32,000 nt of DNA from the NCBI RefSeq assembly GCF_000621645.1, contig NZ_JHXR01000020.1, positions 30,001 to 62,000 on the forward strand, read 5' to 3'. The notes below the pieces were generated by a model that made no database searches, had not been told where the DNA came from, and worked only from the letters and a program-made list of their open reading frames with translations. This document shows, piece after piece, positions 8,963-17,438 of this stretch; the first letter of the stretch is position 1; every line of letters begins with the position of its first letter. Position numbers and translations under genes: made by a program. The stretch is from Vibrio cholerae ATCC 14035 (GTDB lineage Bacteria > Pseudomonadota > Gammaproteobacteria > Enterobacterales > Vibrionaceae).

Positions 8963-9508
8963 ATGAAAAATTCAGACAGCCAACACTATAACTTGGTCAC
9001 TCGCAGTATCCATTGGATTTCTGCTTTGGTCGTTATCGGGATGTTTGCCGTTGGCACTTGGATGATGGATCTCTCTTACTACAGTGAATGGTACCGCACA
9101 GCACCACACTGGCATAAGTCGGTAGGTTTGTTACTGGCAGGTTTGACGTTATTTCGTCTGATTTGGAAAGCGTTTTCTTCATCTCCGAAAATTGAAGGCG
9201 CGCGCTGGGAAATCGTAGCGGCTAAAAGTGCTCATCACTTGATGTACGTTGGATTGTTTGTTCTTTTTGTCTCTGGGTATCTCATCTCAACGGAAGATGG
9301 TCGAGGTATTGAGGTGTTCAACTGGTTTACGGTACCTGGGGCGGGGGCTCTATTTGAAAACCAAGCGGATATCGCAGGCAATATCCATTTTTATACGGCT
9401 TGGGGCTTAATCATACTGGCGGGGCTGCATGCCGTCGCCGCACTTAAACACCACTTTATTAACCGTGATAACACGTTACGTAAAATGCTGACAGGAGCAT
9501 CAAAATGA
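8963..9508 (+). CDS. Cytochrome b561 family protein (CybB/YceJ-like), 4-TM di-haem membrane protein
   Basis: 181 aa. The N-terminus YNLVTRSIHWISALVVIGMF has the conserved His, and further His residues lie in TM segments (HWHKSVG, AHHLMY, LHAVAALKHH). It overlaps the yceI-like gene in ATGA, the same pairing as E. coli yceJ-yceI. Confidence 0.85.
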   Translation: MKNSDSQHYNLVTRSIHWISALVVIGMFAVGTWMMDLSYYSEWYRTAPHWHKSVGLLLAGLTLFRLIWKAFSSSPKIEGARWEIVAAKSAHHLMYVGLFVLFVSGYLISTEDGRGIEVFNWFTVPGAGALFENQADIAGNIHFYTAWGLIILAGLHAVAALKHHFINRDNTLRKMLTGASK

Positions 9509-10074
9509 AAAAAACACTAATGGCAGTTGGTCTTGCTGCAGTCATATCTATCCCATTTGCAGCTAATGCCGCTGACTATGTGATTGATACAAAAGGCGCG
9601 CATGCTTCAATCAACTTCAAAGTGAATCATTTGGGTTATAGCTACATTAAGGGACGTTTCAATAAATTTGATGGTGAGTTTTCTTACGACCCTGCCAACA
9701 TTGCCGCTTCGAGTGTTGTGGTGAATGTGGATACACGCAGCCTAGATTCAAACCATGCGGAGCGTGACAAGCACATTCGCAGCGCAGATTTTATCGATGC
9801 TTCGAAATACTCGACCGCGACCTTCAAGAGCACCGAAGTGGTTGATAAAGGCAATGGTCAGCTTGAAGTGAAAGGTGACTTGACTCTGCATGGTCAAACT
9901 AAACCTATCGTGATCAATGCTGAGTTTATCGGCGCTGGGCAAGATCCATGGGGTGGTCAGCGTGCTGGCTTTGCGGGTACGACCCGTCTTGAGCTGAAAG
10001 ATTTCGGCATTCAAGTGATGGGTGCTTCTAGCTATGTCGATATGGAACTGCATGTGGAAGGCGTTCAAAAATAA
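9505..10074 (+). CDS. yceI: YceI-family periplasmic polyisoprenoid-binding protein
   Basis: 189 aa. Signal peptide MKKTLMAVGLAAVISIPFAANA. Family hallmarks YVIDTKGAHASINFKVNHLGYSYIKGRFNKFDG, HAERDKHIRSADF and LTLHGQTKP. SD AGGAG upstream. Confidence 0.9.
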   Translation: MKKTLMAVGLAAVISIPFAANAADYVIDTKGAHASINFKVNHLGYSYIKGRFNKFDGEFSYDPANIAASSVVVNVDTRSLDSNHAERDKHIRSADFIDASKYSTATFKSTEVVDKGNGQLEVKGDLTLHGQTKPIVINAEFIGAGQDPWGGQRAGFAGTTRLELKDFGIQVMGASSYVDMELHVEGVQK

Positions 10075-10114
10075 TCGATGTTAATCTCTTACTCATTGAT
10101 GGCTCAGATGAGTA

Positions 10115-10148
10115 GAAAAAGCCCCCAGAATTTGGGGGCTTGCTTTTG
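10115..10148. terminator. Bidirectional intrinsic terminator between yceI (+) and the FNT-CBS gene (-)
   Basis: Hairpin AGCCCCCA-gaat-TGGGGGCT with an A-run on the left and a T-rich tract on the right. Confidence 0.75.
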
Positions 10149-10181
10149 GTCAAGCGACTTATTTCCTAACCAAAATGAGAG

Positions 10182-11633
10182 TTAAGCGCGAGCCAACGCT
10201 TTATCTTTGACAATTCTTACCCGTTCACCATAAATTGGGCGCAGCGCTTCAAGCACATCATTACGCTCCAGTACTCCCACTAACTGACCATTGTGTAGAA
10301 CAGGCAGCATATGTGGTTTGTTTACCTTGATGCTTTTGGCGCGTTCTTCTAATGAGAGAGCGTTGAAGCGAGTGGCAATGCCCATGCTTGTGGTTGGGAA
10401 TAGCTGTTCTTTATCGATACAGAAGAACTCCGCAACATCCACCAGCTTGTCGTTGATATCAATCGCAATCACATCACGAGTCATCAGATCTACCACTTTT
10501 TGGTCTTGGCTTGGCAAGTAGTCTTGGCACCAGAGATCAACCATTACATCGTGACTAGAGAGCACACCAACCAAGCGACCTTGCATATCGACAACTGGAG
10601 CAGCGGACAAATGGTGGTCGAGTAGGGTGTCGATCGCGGCTGGAGTGGTCATCTCAACGCTGAGGGTAACAGGTTGAGTGTTCATCATATCTTTTACTGT
10701 AATTGTGCTTTTCATAAGAGTTTCCTTGACTGACGTAAGTGCTTGAGTTTCCGTAATCGTGACAACATTGGCGGCTTTTAACTGAGGGCGGCGGTAAATG
10801 CTCCAGTTGGCGAGGCCAACCAGCACGGCACCACCCACAATGTTGCCGAGCGTGACCGGTATTAAGTTCGCCGTAATAAATTGAGTGACATTCAAATCGC
10901 TGTATTGGCTGGCTGTCACACCAACCTGTTGCCAGAAACTGTCTGGTGCGAAGTTTTGAATAACAATACCCAGTGGAACCATGAACATATTGGCCACACA
11001 GTGCTCAAAGCCGCTAGAAACAAACATCGCGACAGGCATGATGGTCATGGCCGCTTTAGTCATAGCATTCGCTGAACTGAAGGTCAGCCAAATAGCCAAA
11101 CAAACCAGTAGGTTACATAGAATGCCTAAAGCAAAAGCTTGTACTGTGGTGTGATGAAGTTTGTGCTGCGCAATATTGAGGGCATTTAAACCCCATTGGC
11201 CTTCATCAAGCTGGTAAAGGCCAGCCGCTGTCACCAAAAGCAGTAGAAAAATGGCACCGATAAAGTTACCGACGTACACCTTGCCCCAGATAGAGAGCAT
11301 TTTTCCAAAACTGATTTCGCGATTTGCCCATGAGATGCTAGATAGCACAGAGCTTGTGAACAACTCGCCACCGCAGATGACGATCAAAATCAGCCCCATA
11401 CTGAACGCTACACCACCCGCCAGTCGGCTCAATCCCCAGCCGGCAGAAGCGCTGCCTGTGGTGACGGTAATGTAGAACAGAAAAGCCAAACCGATAAAAG
11501 CGCCCGCCATAACCGAAAGACCTAAGATCATGCCGCTGGTTTTTTTCGCTTTACTCAGTGCGAACTTTTCTGCTTCTGCCATCATTTCCGTGGGTGAAAA
11601 GCAGTTTTGATTTTTAGAGTAGGCTGCAGACAT
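10182..11633 (-). CDS. Formate/nitrite transporter (FocA/NirC, FNT) family channel fused to a C-terminal tandem CBS (Bateman) domain
   Basis: 483 aa with SD GGGGAG upstream. The FNT core includes GFEHCVANMF (compare the FocA GFEHSIANMF central His) and six TM segments. The C-terminal ~170 aa holds two CBS repeats (VKDMMNTQPVTL...APVVDMQGRLVGVLSSHDV and VVDLMTRDVIAID...LPVLHNGQLVGVLERNDV). Confidence 0.85.
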   Translation of the reverse strand: MSAAYSKNQNCFSPTEMMAEAEKFALSKAKKTSGMILGLSVMAGAFIGLAFLFYITVTTGSASAGWGLSRLAGGVAFSMGLILIVICGGELFTSSVLSSISWANREISFGKMLSIWGKVYVGNFIGAIFLLLLVTAAGLYQLDEGQWGLNALNIAQHKLHHTTVQAFALGILCNLLVCLAIWLTFSSANAMTKAAMTIMPVAMFVSSGFEHCVANMFMVPLGIVIQNFAPDSFWQQVGVTASQYSDLNVTQFITANLIPVTLGNIVGGAVLVGLANWSIYRRPQLKAANVVTITETQALTSVKETLMKSTITVKDMMNTQPVTLSVEMTTPAAIDTLLDHHLSAAPVVDMQGRLVGVLSSHDVMVDLWCQDYLPSQDQKVVDLMTRDVIAIDINDKLVDVAEFFCIDKEQLFPTTSMGIATRFNALSLEERAKSIKVNKPHMLPVLHNGQLVGVLERNDVLEALRPIYGERVRIVKDKALARA

Positions 11634-11757
11634 ATTCGCTCCCCAAACTCAATTTCATGTTTACCTCCGTTTAGTACACAACACCTTATGCGTTGCTACG
11701 CCATCAGATTAGGGGGACAAAGGAGTAAAGGTAAAATTGATAATTTTTAAAAACCAC

Positions 11758-11772
11758 ATCAATTCTATTGAT
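11758..11772. promoter_or_regulatory. Candidate LysR-type regulator binding box (ATC-N9-GAT palindrome) in the divergent promoter region
   Basis: ATCAATTCTATTGAT is a perfect 6-3-6 palindrome matching the classical LTTR T-N11-A / ATC-N9-GAT pattern. It lies about 78 bp upstream of the LysR start. A third ATTGATA copy sits at 11736-11742. Confidence 0.5.
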
Positions 11773-11849
11773 ATGGTAGGGATGAAGCGTAAAATGAAAC
11801 CGTTTGCTCATCTGGAGCAAAACAGTGAATGAAAAGAATAGGATAGGCA

Positions 11850-12755
11850 GTGCGGTATTCATTAAAGCAATTAGCAGTATTTGATGCAGTTGCCGATTGT
11901 GGCAGTGTCAGTCAGGCTGCGGATAAACTGGCGCTCACTCAATCAGCAACGAGCATGTCTTTAGCTCAGTTGGAAAAAATGCTCGGACGTCCTCTGTTTG
12001 AAAGACAAGGTAAACAGATGGCATTAACCCATTGGGGCATGTGGCTACGCCCTAAAGCAAAGCGTTTACTGCAAGATGCCCAGCAGATTGAAATGGGCTT
12101 TTATGATCAACACCTCTTAAGTGGTGAGATTCGCTTAGGTGCGAGTCAAACCCCGGCGGAACACTTGGTGCCTGATCTCATCAGTATTATTGATAGTGAC
12201 TTTCCTGAGATTCGCATCTCATTGGGCGTGAAAAGTACCAAGGGAGTGATCGAAGGTGTTCTCGACTATAAATACGATCTTGGGATTATTGAAGGACGCT
12301 GCGATGACAACCGCATCTATCAAGAGGTATGGTGTCGCGATCACTTAACGATTGTCGCTTCGGCACATCATCCATTTGCGAAACGTGAATCGGTCAGTCT
12401 TGCTCAGCTTGAACAGGCGAAATGGGTTCTGCGCGAGCAAGGTGCAGGGACTCGCAATATTTTTGATAGTGTGATCCATCCGTTAATCCCAGACTTAGAT
12501 GTTTGGCGCGAATATGAACATGTTCCTGTGTTACGCACGTTGGTGGCCAATGGCCCTTATTTGACTTGCCTACCGTATTTGGATGTTGAACGCTTTATCG
12601 AAAGTGGATTACTGGTTGCACTGAATGTGCCGGAGCTCAATATGGAGCGTACTCTCTCTTTTATTTGGCGTGCAGATATGGAAGAAAACCCGCTGGCTGA
12701 GTGCATTAAACGTGAAGGATTACGCATGATGAAAGGAAAACCGAGCATCTTATAA
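11850..12755 (+). CDS. LysR-family transcriptional regulator
   Basis: 301 aa with a GTG start. The N-terminal HTH is MRYSLKQLAVFDAVADCGSVSQAADKLALTQSATSMSLAQLEKMLGRPLFER, followed by a LysR substrate-binding domain. It is transcribed divergently from the FNT-CBS gene. Confidence 0.9.
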   Translation: MRYSLKQLAVFDAVADCGSVSQAADKLALTQSATSMSLAQLEKMLGRPLFERQGKQMALTHWGMWLRPKAKRLLQDAQQIEMGFYDQHLLSGEIRLGASQTPAEHLVPDLISIIDSDFPEIRISLGVKSTKGVIEGVLDYKYDLGIIEGRCDDNRIYQEVWCRDHLTIVASAHHPFAKRESVSLAQLEQAKWVLREQGAGTRNIFDSVIHPLIPDLDVWREYEHVPVLRTLVANGPYLTCLPYLDVERFIESGLLVALNVPELNMERTLSFIWRADMEENPLAECIKREGLRMMKGKPSIL

Positions 12756-12931
12756 GGGGTATCATATTTCCTGAATCTGTTGATTTATCGGTTGCGTCAC
12801 CAAATGAATGTAATGAAGATTTTCATTATCATTTTATTGTGATTTTAATCACTAATATTCCCGTTTTCTTCGGTTAGCATGTCGCCTTAATTCACCAAGG
12901 CTGAAAACTTTTCAGCATGTATGAGGCGGAT

Positions 12932-13429
12932 ATGAGCACTCTGTTTGCTATTGCGTTAACCACAGGAATTCTCTCTGGTGTTTGGGGATGGATTGCGGTG
13001 TCACTCGGCTTGCTCTCATGGGCTGGTTTTCTTGGCTGCACGAGCTACTTTGCGTCCCCTAAAGATGGCTTGAAAGGGCTAGGTCAGAGCTTATTAACCA
13101 ACCTAACGGGTGTTTTCTGGGCAATGGTGATCATTCATGCCAGTCAATGGGTTGGCATTGAGATTATCGGTTACGTTGTGACGGCTTTAGTGGCTTTTAT
13201 CATGTGTATCCAAGCGCAAAAATCCTGGTTGGCTTATATCCCAGGTACCTTTATCGGTTGCTGCGCAACCTTTGCTGCTGCAGGAAACTGGCAATTGGTG
13301 ATCCCGTCTTTAATGCTCGGTGGTGTGTTTGGTTATCTGATGAAAGCCAGTGGTCTTTGGTTACATCACAAGCTCAAGCAACCTCGCGCTGAACAAACGA
13401 CCATCGTGAGCGAAATGACTTCTCGCTAA
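12932..13429 (+). CDS. ycdZ: DUF1097 inner-membrane protein (YcdZ homolog)
   Basis: From ATG 12932 (SD GAGG 6 nt upstream): MSTLFAIALTTGILSGVWGWIAVSLGLLSWAGFLGCTSYFA... This closely parallels E. coli YcdZ as I recall it. The track start at 12917 is less likely. Confidence 0.8.
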   Translation: MSTLFAIALTTGILSGVWGWIAVSLGLLSWAGFLGCTSYFASPKDGLKGLGQSLLTNLTGVFWAMVIIHASQWVGIEIIGYVVTALVAFIMCIQAQKSWLAYIPGTFIGCCATFAAAGNWQLVIPSLMLGGVFGYLMKASGLWLHHKLKQPRAEQTTIVSEMTSR

Positions 13430-13563
13430 GCGTGAAGGTCCGTGTGAAACTTTTCTCAGAAACGATTGGCAGAAAAGCGATAGGTGAAAGAAAAAAGCCT
13501 ATTGGTAAAAAACGATTGGTAAAGAGTACCCCTGATAATTCGTATCGAAAGAATTTAGATACC

Positions 13564-13589
13564 GCCACACAACTTTGTGTGGCTTTTTT
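13564..13589 (+). terminator. Rho-independent terminator about 135 nt after the ycdZ stop
   Basis: Hairpin GCCACACA-actt-TGTGTGGC followed by TTTTTT. Confidence 0.8.
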
Positions 13590-13652
13590 GTAAGAGCCCC
13601 CAGCTAGGTGAGGGAGATTTAATCCCTGTGTAGATGAAAACCTTTACCAATC

Positions 13653-15284
13653 CTAGGTATTGCCGTTTGCCATTGTGATGACTCGTTTTAACGTCCAGCG
13701 CAGGAGTACAGGAATACACTCTGTTCCATTGCTTTCACAATGTGAAACGATCGCCAAAGCCAAATCCGGTTTCGCGTGTTTTTTCAGAACTTTAGAGACC
13801 ACTTTTTTGGCGGGGATCGGGTGGTCATGAGGAATTTTAACCAGCTCTTTGAAGAAGTATTCAAAGCCGTGCGAGTAAAGGAAGTGCTCAATGTCTCGAT
13901 CGGGCAATTCGGTTAAGCGATGTCGCTCTTGATCATGTCCCAGTAATCCTCGTACGGTCGCCGAGTATTTTTTCCCCGCAGGATCGCCATCGGTCACCAC
14001 ATGCCAGTCAATACCAAACGCACGTGCAACCTTGATTAAGGATTTTAGCCCTGATTGAGCAAATTCGATGATATGCACACCTTCTGCAGCTAAGTTGTAT
14101 CCGCATTGATGGGCGAGTTCGTTAAATAGCCACACTTCCGTTTCACCTTCAACCAGCAGCCAGCAGCGAGCAAAGAGCGCTCCCGAGCGGTGAAAGCGGA
14201 TATGGAAACCAATGCGGCGCAACTCATCTCGACTTAAACTGCGTTGCGAAACGGAGGTCGCAATGGTGCGATCGGATTTTCTCACCAAACGACGAATCGA
14301 ATGCAAAGGCACCGCCCCCAGTAAATCACTGCTGTTGGTGGTGAGAATTTTCTGCATGGGGAGCAAATCTAAAAAGCTCCAAGCTCGGGCAAGGTGTGTA
14401 GGGTGTAAACGACCTTCCGGATCTTCAATGATCAAAATCGGCCGAGCGCAGCGGCGCAGCTCTTTGGGTCCTTTGCCTTGTAAATACGCGTTGAGTAAAC
14501 CAAGAAGTAGCAGCTTAGTCTGTTTATTTTTGGTTTCATGAATGATTTGGCTGAGGCTTTTTTCACTCGGAGAGGCCGCATACAGTAAGCTGTCGCGTTC
14601 GCGGCGCGGATTTTTCCGGCTTTGACTTTTGAACGAAAAGTAGTGCTCAACCAGAGAGTTCATTGCACTCAAACTGCTGCGGATCTCGCCTTTGTTAACG
14701 TGTCCGGGCGTCGCCATTAAACGTCGCCACGTATTGCTGATCCGTTTCTCGACACGAGCATTCTTGCCGTTACCATTGGCGAGCGATTTTTCAAAACGTC
14801 GAGAATCTTTTAAGCGGATCACTGGATGTAAACTCATCAACTCTTGCGCCAATTTTTCTGAGTGATGAAGAGTGAGTGAGTTGCCCTCTAAATCTAGAAA
14901 AGCGTATTGAGTGCTGATGTCATATTTGACCCTTGAGGCGCTGATCCGATAAATGATTTTTTGCGCCCCTTGTTCATCGGTTTGCCAAAGTGGTTTGAGT
15001 TTACGATAGCGCCCAGCCTTGGGCTCATGGAGGTCGCTGGCGGCGAAAACAAGGATGATCTGCAAATTTTGCGTCTGCGCATCAGCAATAGAGTAATCAA
15101 CGTGGAAATCTTGCAGGGTGAATGGGTACAGAGTGCCATCCGCAGGCAATACTACCGATAGGGCATCCAGCAAAGACGATTTACCCCAAGTGTTTTCTCC
15201 AATCAGTGTGGTGATTTCATCAAAGGTCAGTGATAGTCGGCGGATGCCACGGAAACCAGCGATTTCAATTCGCTCTAAATGCAT
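13653..15284 (-). CDS. ybjD: OLD-family protein: N-terminal ABC/AAA-type ATPase plus C-terminal Toprim nuclease domain (YbjD-like, stand-alone)
   Basis: 543 aa with SD AAGGAG upstream. Walker A GENTWGKSSLLDAL, Walker-B-like PILIIEDPEGRLHP, Toprim Glu in CWLLVEGETEVWLF and DxD in WHVVTDGDPAGKKY. It resembles E. coli YbjD along its length, as I recall that sequence (for example FARCWLLVEGETE...IEFAQSGLK). Confidence 0.85.
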   Translation of the reverse strand: MHLERIEIAGFRGIRRLSLTFDEITTLIGENTWGKSSLLDALSVVLPADGTLYPFTLQDFHVDYSIADAQTQNLQIILVFAASDLHEPKAGRYRKLKPLWQTDEQGAQKIIYRISASRVKYDISTQYAFLDLEGNSLTLHHSEKLAQELMSLHPVIRLKDSRRFEKSLANGNGKNARVEKRISNTWRRLMATPGHVNKGEIRSSLSAMNSLVEHYFSFKSQSRKNPRRERDSLLYAASPSEKSLSQIIHETKNKQTKLLLLGLLNAYLQGKGPKELRRCARPILIIEDPEGRLHPTHLARAWSFLDLLPMQKILTTNSSDLLGAVPLHSIRRLVRKSDRTIATSVSQRSLSRDELRRIGFHIRFHRSGALFARCWLLVEGETEVWLFNELAHQCGYNLAAEGVHIIEFAQSGLKSLIKVARAFGIDWHVVTDGDPAGKKYSATVRGLLGHDQERHRLTELPDRDIEHFLYSHGFEYFFKELVKIPHDHPIPAKKVVSKVLKKHAKPDLALAIVSHCESNGTECIPVLLRWTLKRVITMANGNT

Positions 15285-15546
15285 AGGCTGCTCCTTAGAT
15301 TCCTCACCAGTGCCTATAGTGTGGGCTATCTTATGAGGTTTTCTTTAAGAATAAAGGAAAAACCCAATATAAGCAGGGTGTTAAGCTTGGTTTTTCAAAC
15401 CAGAGTTCACATTTTTGTAATGAATAAGGCCAAGAAAATGTGACATAAGTTATTTAGCGTCACTAAAATTTCAGAGAGGTTTCATAAAAGTCACGATTCT
15501 GTCATGATCGGCGGGCTAGGATAGGAGTGGAAAAGAGAGAAGACGT

Positions 15547-17289
15547 ATGCCTATGAGAAGAAAAAATCAGCCAGCGTCGATCACGCTGGCACACATTAAT
15601 GACACCCATTCCTACTTTGAACCTACCTCGTTACAACTGACGCTGGAACATGATGCGGACATTTTAAAACCCTTTGTCAGTGCTGGGGGCTTTGCTCGAA
15701 TTGCAACCCGTATTGCTCAATTACGCGATGATGCGCAGCGCATGCAGCGCGAATTTCTGTTTTTACATGCGGGAGACTGTTTCCAAGGAACACTCTACTT
15801 TTCGCTGTTCAAAGGTAAAGCGAATGCCGACATGCTCAATGCACTCAAGTTAGACGCAATGGCCATCGGTAATCATGAATTGGATATGGGAAATTATCCT
15901 GTTGCTCAATTCGCGCAGCGCATTCAATTTCCTTTGTTGGCGGGCAACTGGGATTTATCACAAGAACGAGACAGCAAATCGCTGCGTTTGGGGAGCAACC
16001 CTAAAGTCTACAGTTATGATGCGCTTCAGGGCCATGCACGCTGGATTGAGAAAAAGGCGCAGGGTGAAAGAATTGCTATCTTTGGCCTGTCGATTGATAA
16101 GATGGCCGATATTGCCACCCCAGACAGTGATACTCCGTTTGTGAACGCCATCGAGACGGCACGAAAGACGATTGCGGCAATCCACCAACACGGCATCAAT
16201 AAGATCATTTTGCTGAGTCACTTAGGCTATGACGGTGACATTGCATTAGCGGAACAAGTGTCTGGGATCAGTGTGATTGTGGGGGGGCATAGCCATGTAC
16301 TACAAGGTGATTTCTCAGCCCTTGGACTCGGCAGTCAAGATGAATATGGCTTAAAAATCAATCACACCTATATCGTTCAAGCTGGATTTTACGCGCTTAC
16401 TCTTGGCCATTGTCAGATTGATTTTGCCGCCAATGGTGAGGTGACCCGATTTGAAGGGCGGAATGAGCTACTGCTCGGGCGTCGGATGTTTGTTGATGCC
16501 AGCATGAGCCAAGAGCAGATCAGTGAGCGTTATAGTCAAGCGCGTGATGAAGTGGATAACCATCCGAATGTGGTGGTGTGTAAAAAAGATCCTGTGGTGC
16601 AAAGTCTATTGCAGGAGAAATACATACCCCAAGTACGTCAACTGCAACAACAAATTATCGCTCATGCGGATCGCACTTTACGCCATTTGCGCATACCGGA
16701 TGCTGAAGGTGGCAGTGAGATTGCCCCTCTGGTCGCGAAAGCATTTGTGTATGCATTGAATAAGCGTGGGCTAGACGTTCAGTTTGCTATCCATAATGCG
16801 GGTGGTGTCCGTACGTCAATTTTGCCGGGTAGCATCTCAGTTGCCGATGTGGCAGGAAAGCTTTTGCCATTTGCCGTGCCGATCGGCGTTTACCAAGTGA
16901 AAGGGGAAGTGATCGCACGCGCTCTGGAAGGTGCGATCAATAACGCGCTCAGTAATGGCGTGCAAGGAACAGGCTCAGGCAGCTATCCATATTGCCATCA
17001 CCTGCGTTATCAATACTTAGCGGATAAGCCCATAGGTCATCGCATTACACAACTGCAGATCCAATTAGAGGGTGAGTGGCAAGCGGTGGATTCTGAAGCT
17101 TTGTACTGGGGAACCTCTTCCGCTTATACCATGAAAGGCAAAGAAGGCTATGATGCGCTGCTTGATATGGAAGGAGAGGGCATGGTGACACAGGTTTCTA
17201 TGGCCGATGCCTTTATTGAGCTGCTGTCGGACTGCCCCTCCTTGCTCTCTTTTGAAGCGCATGATGCTTGTGAATGCCACCATCATTAA
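15547..17289 (+). CDS. 5'-nucleotidase / UshA-family bifunctional metallophosphoesterase with no signal peptide (predicted cytoplasmic)
   Basis: 580 aa. Calcineurin-like motifs HINDTHS, HAGDCFQG, GNHELD, LSHLG and GGHSH, followed by a 5'-nucleotidase C-terminal domain. The N-terminus MPMRRKNQPASITLAH is hydrophilic. The C-terminus ends in HDACECHHH. Confidence 0.85.
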   Translation: MPMRRKNQPASITLAHINDTHSYFEPTSLQLTLEHDADILKPFVSAGGFARIATRIAQLRDDAQRMQREFLFLHAGDCFQGTLYFSLFKGKANADMLNALKLDAMAIGNHELDMGNYPVAQFAQRIQFPLLAGNWDLSQERDSKSLRLGSNPKVYSYDALQGHARWIEKKAQGERIAIFGLSIDKMADIATPDSDTPFVNAIETARKTIAAIHQHGINKIILLSHLGYDGDIALAEQVSGISVIVGGHSHVLQGDFSALGLGSQDEYGLKINHTYIVQAGFYALTLGHCQIDFAANGEVTRFEGRNELLLGRRMFVDASMSQEQISERYSQARDEVDNHPNVVVCKKDPVVQSLLQEKYIPQVRQLQQQIIAHADRTLRHLRIPDAEGGSEIAPLVAKAFVYALNKRGLDVQFAIHNAGGVRTSILPGSISVADVAGKLLPFAVPIGVYQVKGEVIARALEGAINNALSNGVQGTGSGSYPYCHHLRYQYLADKPIGHRITQLQIQLEGEWQAVDSEALYWGTSSAYTMKGKEGYDALLDMEGEGMVTQVSMADAFIELLSDCPSLLSFEAHDACECHHH

Positions 17290-17438
17290 AACGGATATCT
17301 CTTTGCCTTGCTGCCTATCTGTGACTGCAAATGGTTTGGATGTCACGTCAACACTAAGTTGATCAAGTAGGTTGGCATACAGCTTGCTTTGTTCTGCCTA
17401 GTTTTTGCTCAATATTGCTGAGCAAGGGGAGGGAGAAC

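Noticed and set aside
13374-13568. 64-aa minus-strand ORF with an internally repeated peptide (NRFLPIGFF / SPIAFLPIV)
   Set aside because: The peptide repeat only mirrors the DNA direct repeats in the ycdZ 3' region. There is no SD, and the ORF overlaps the ycdZ coding end and a + strand terminator.
13653-15284. Reading the OLD-family gene as part of a Gabija, PARIS or retron system
   Set aside because: No UvrD-like helicase (GajB), no separate Toprim/DUF4435 partner, and no reverse transcriptase or msr/msd-like structure is adjacent. ATPase and Toprim are fused in one protein, and the neighbours are a DUF1097 membrane protein and a nucleotidase.
15407-15443. Inverted repeat TCACATTTT-N19-AAAATGTGA in the OLD/nucleotidase intergenic region, considered as a CRP site
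   Set aside because: CRP sites are TGTGA-N6-TCACA. Here the half-sites are in the opposite order and 19 bp apart. It could be some other operator, but I cannot support a specific call.
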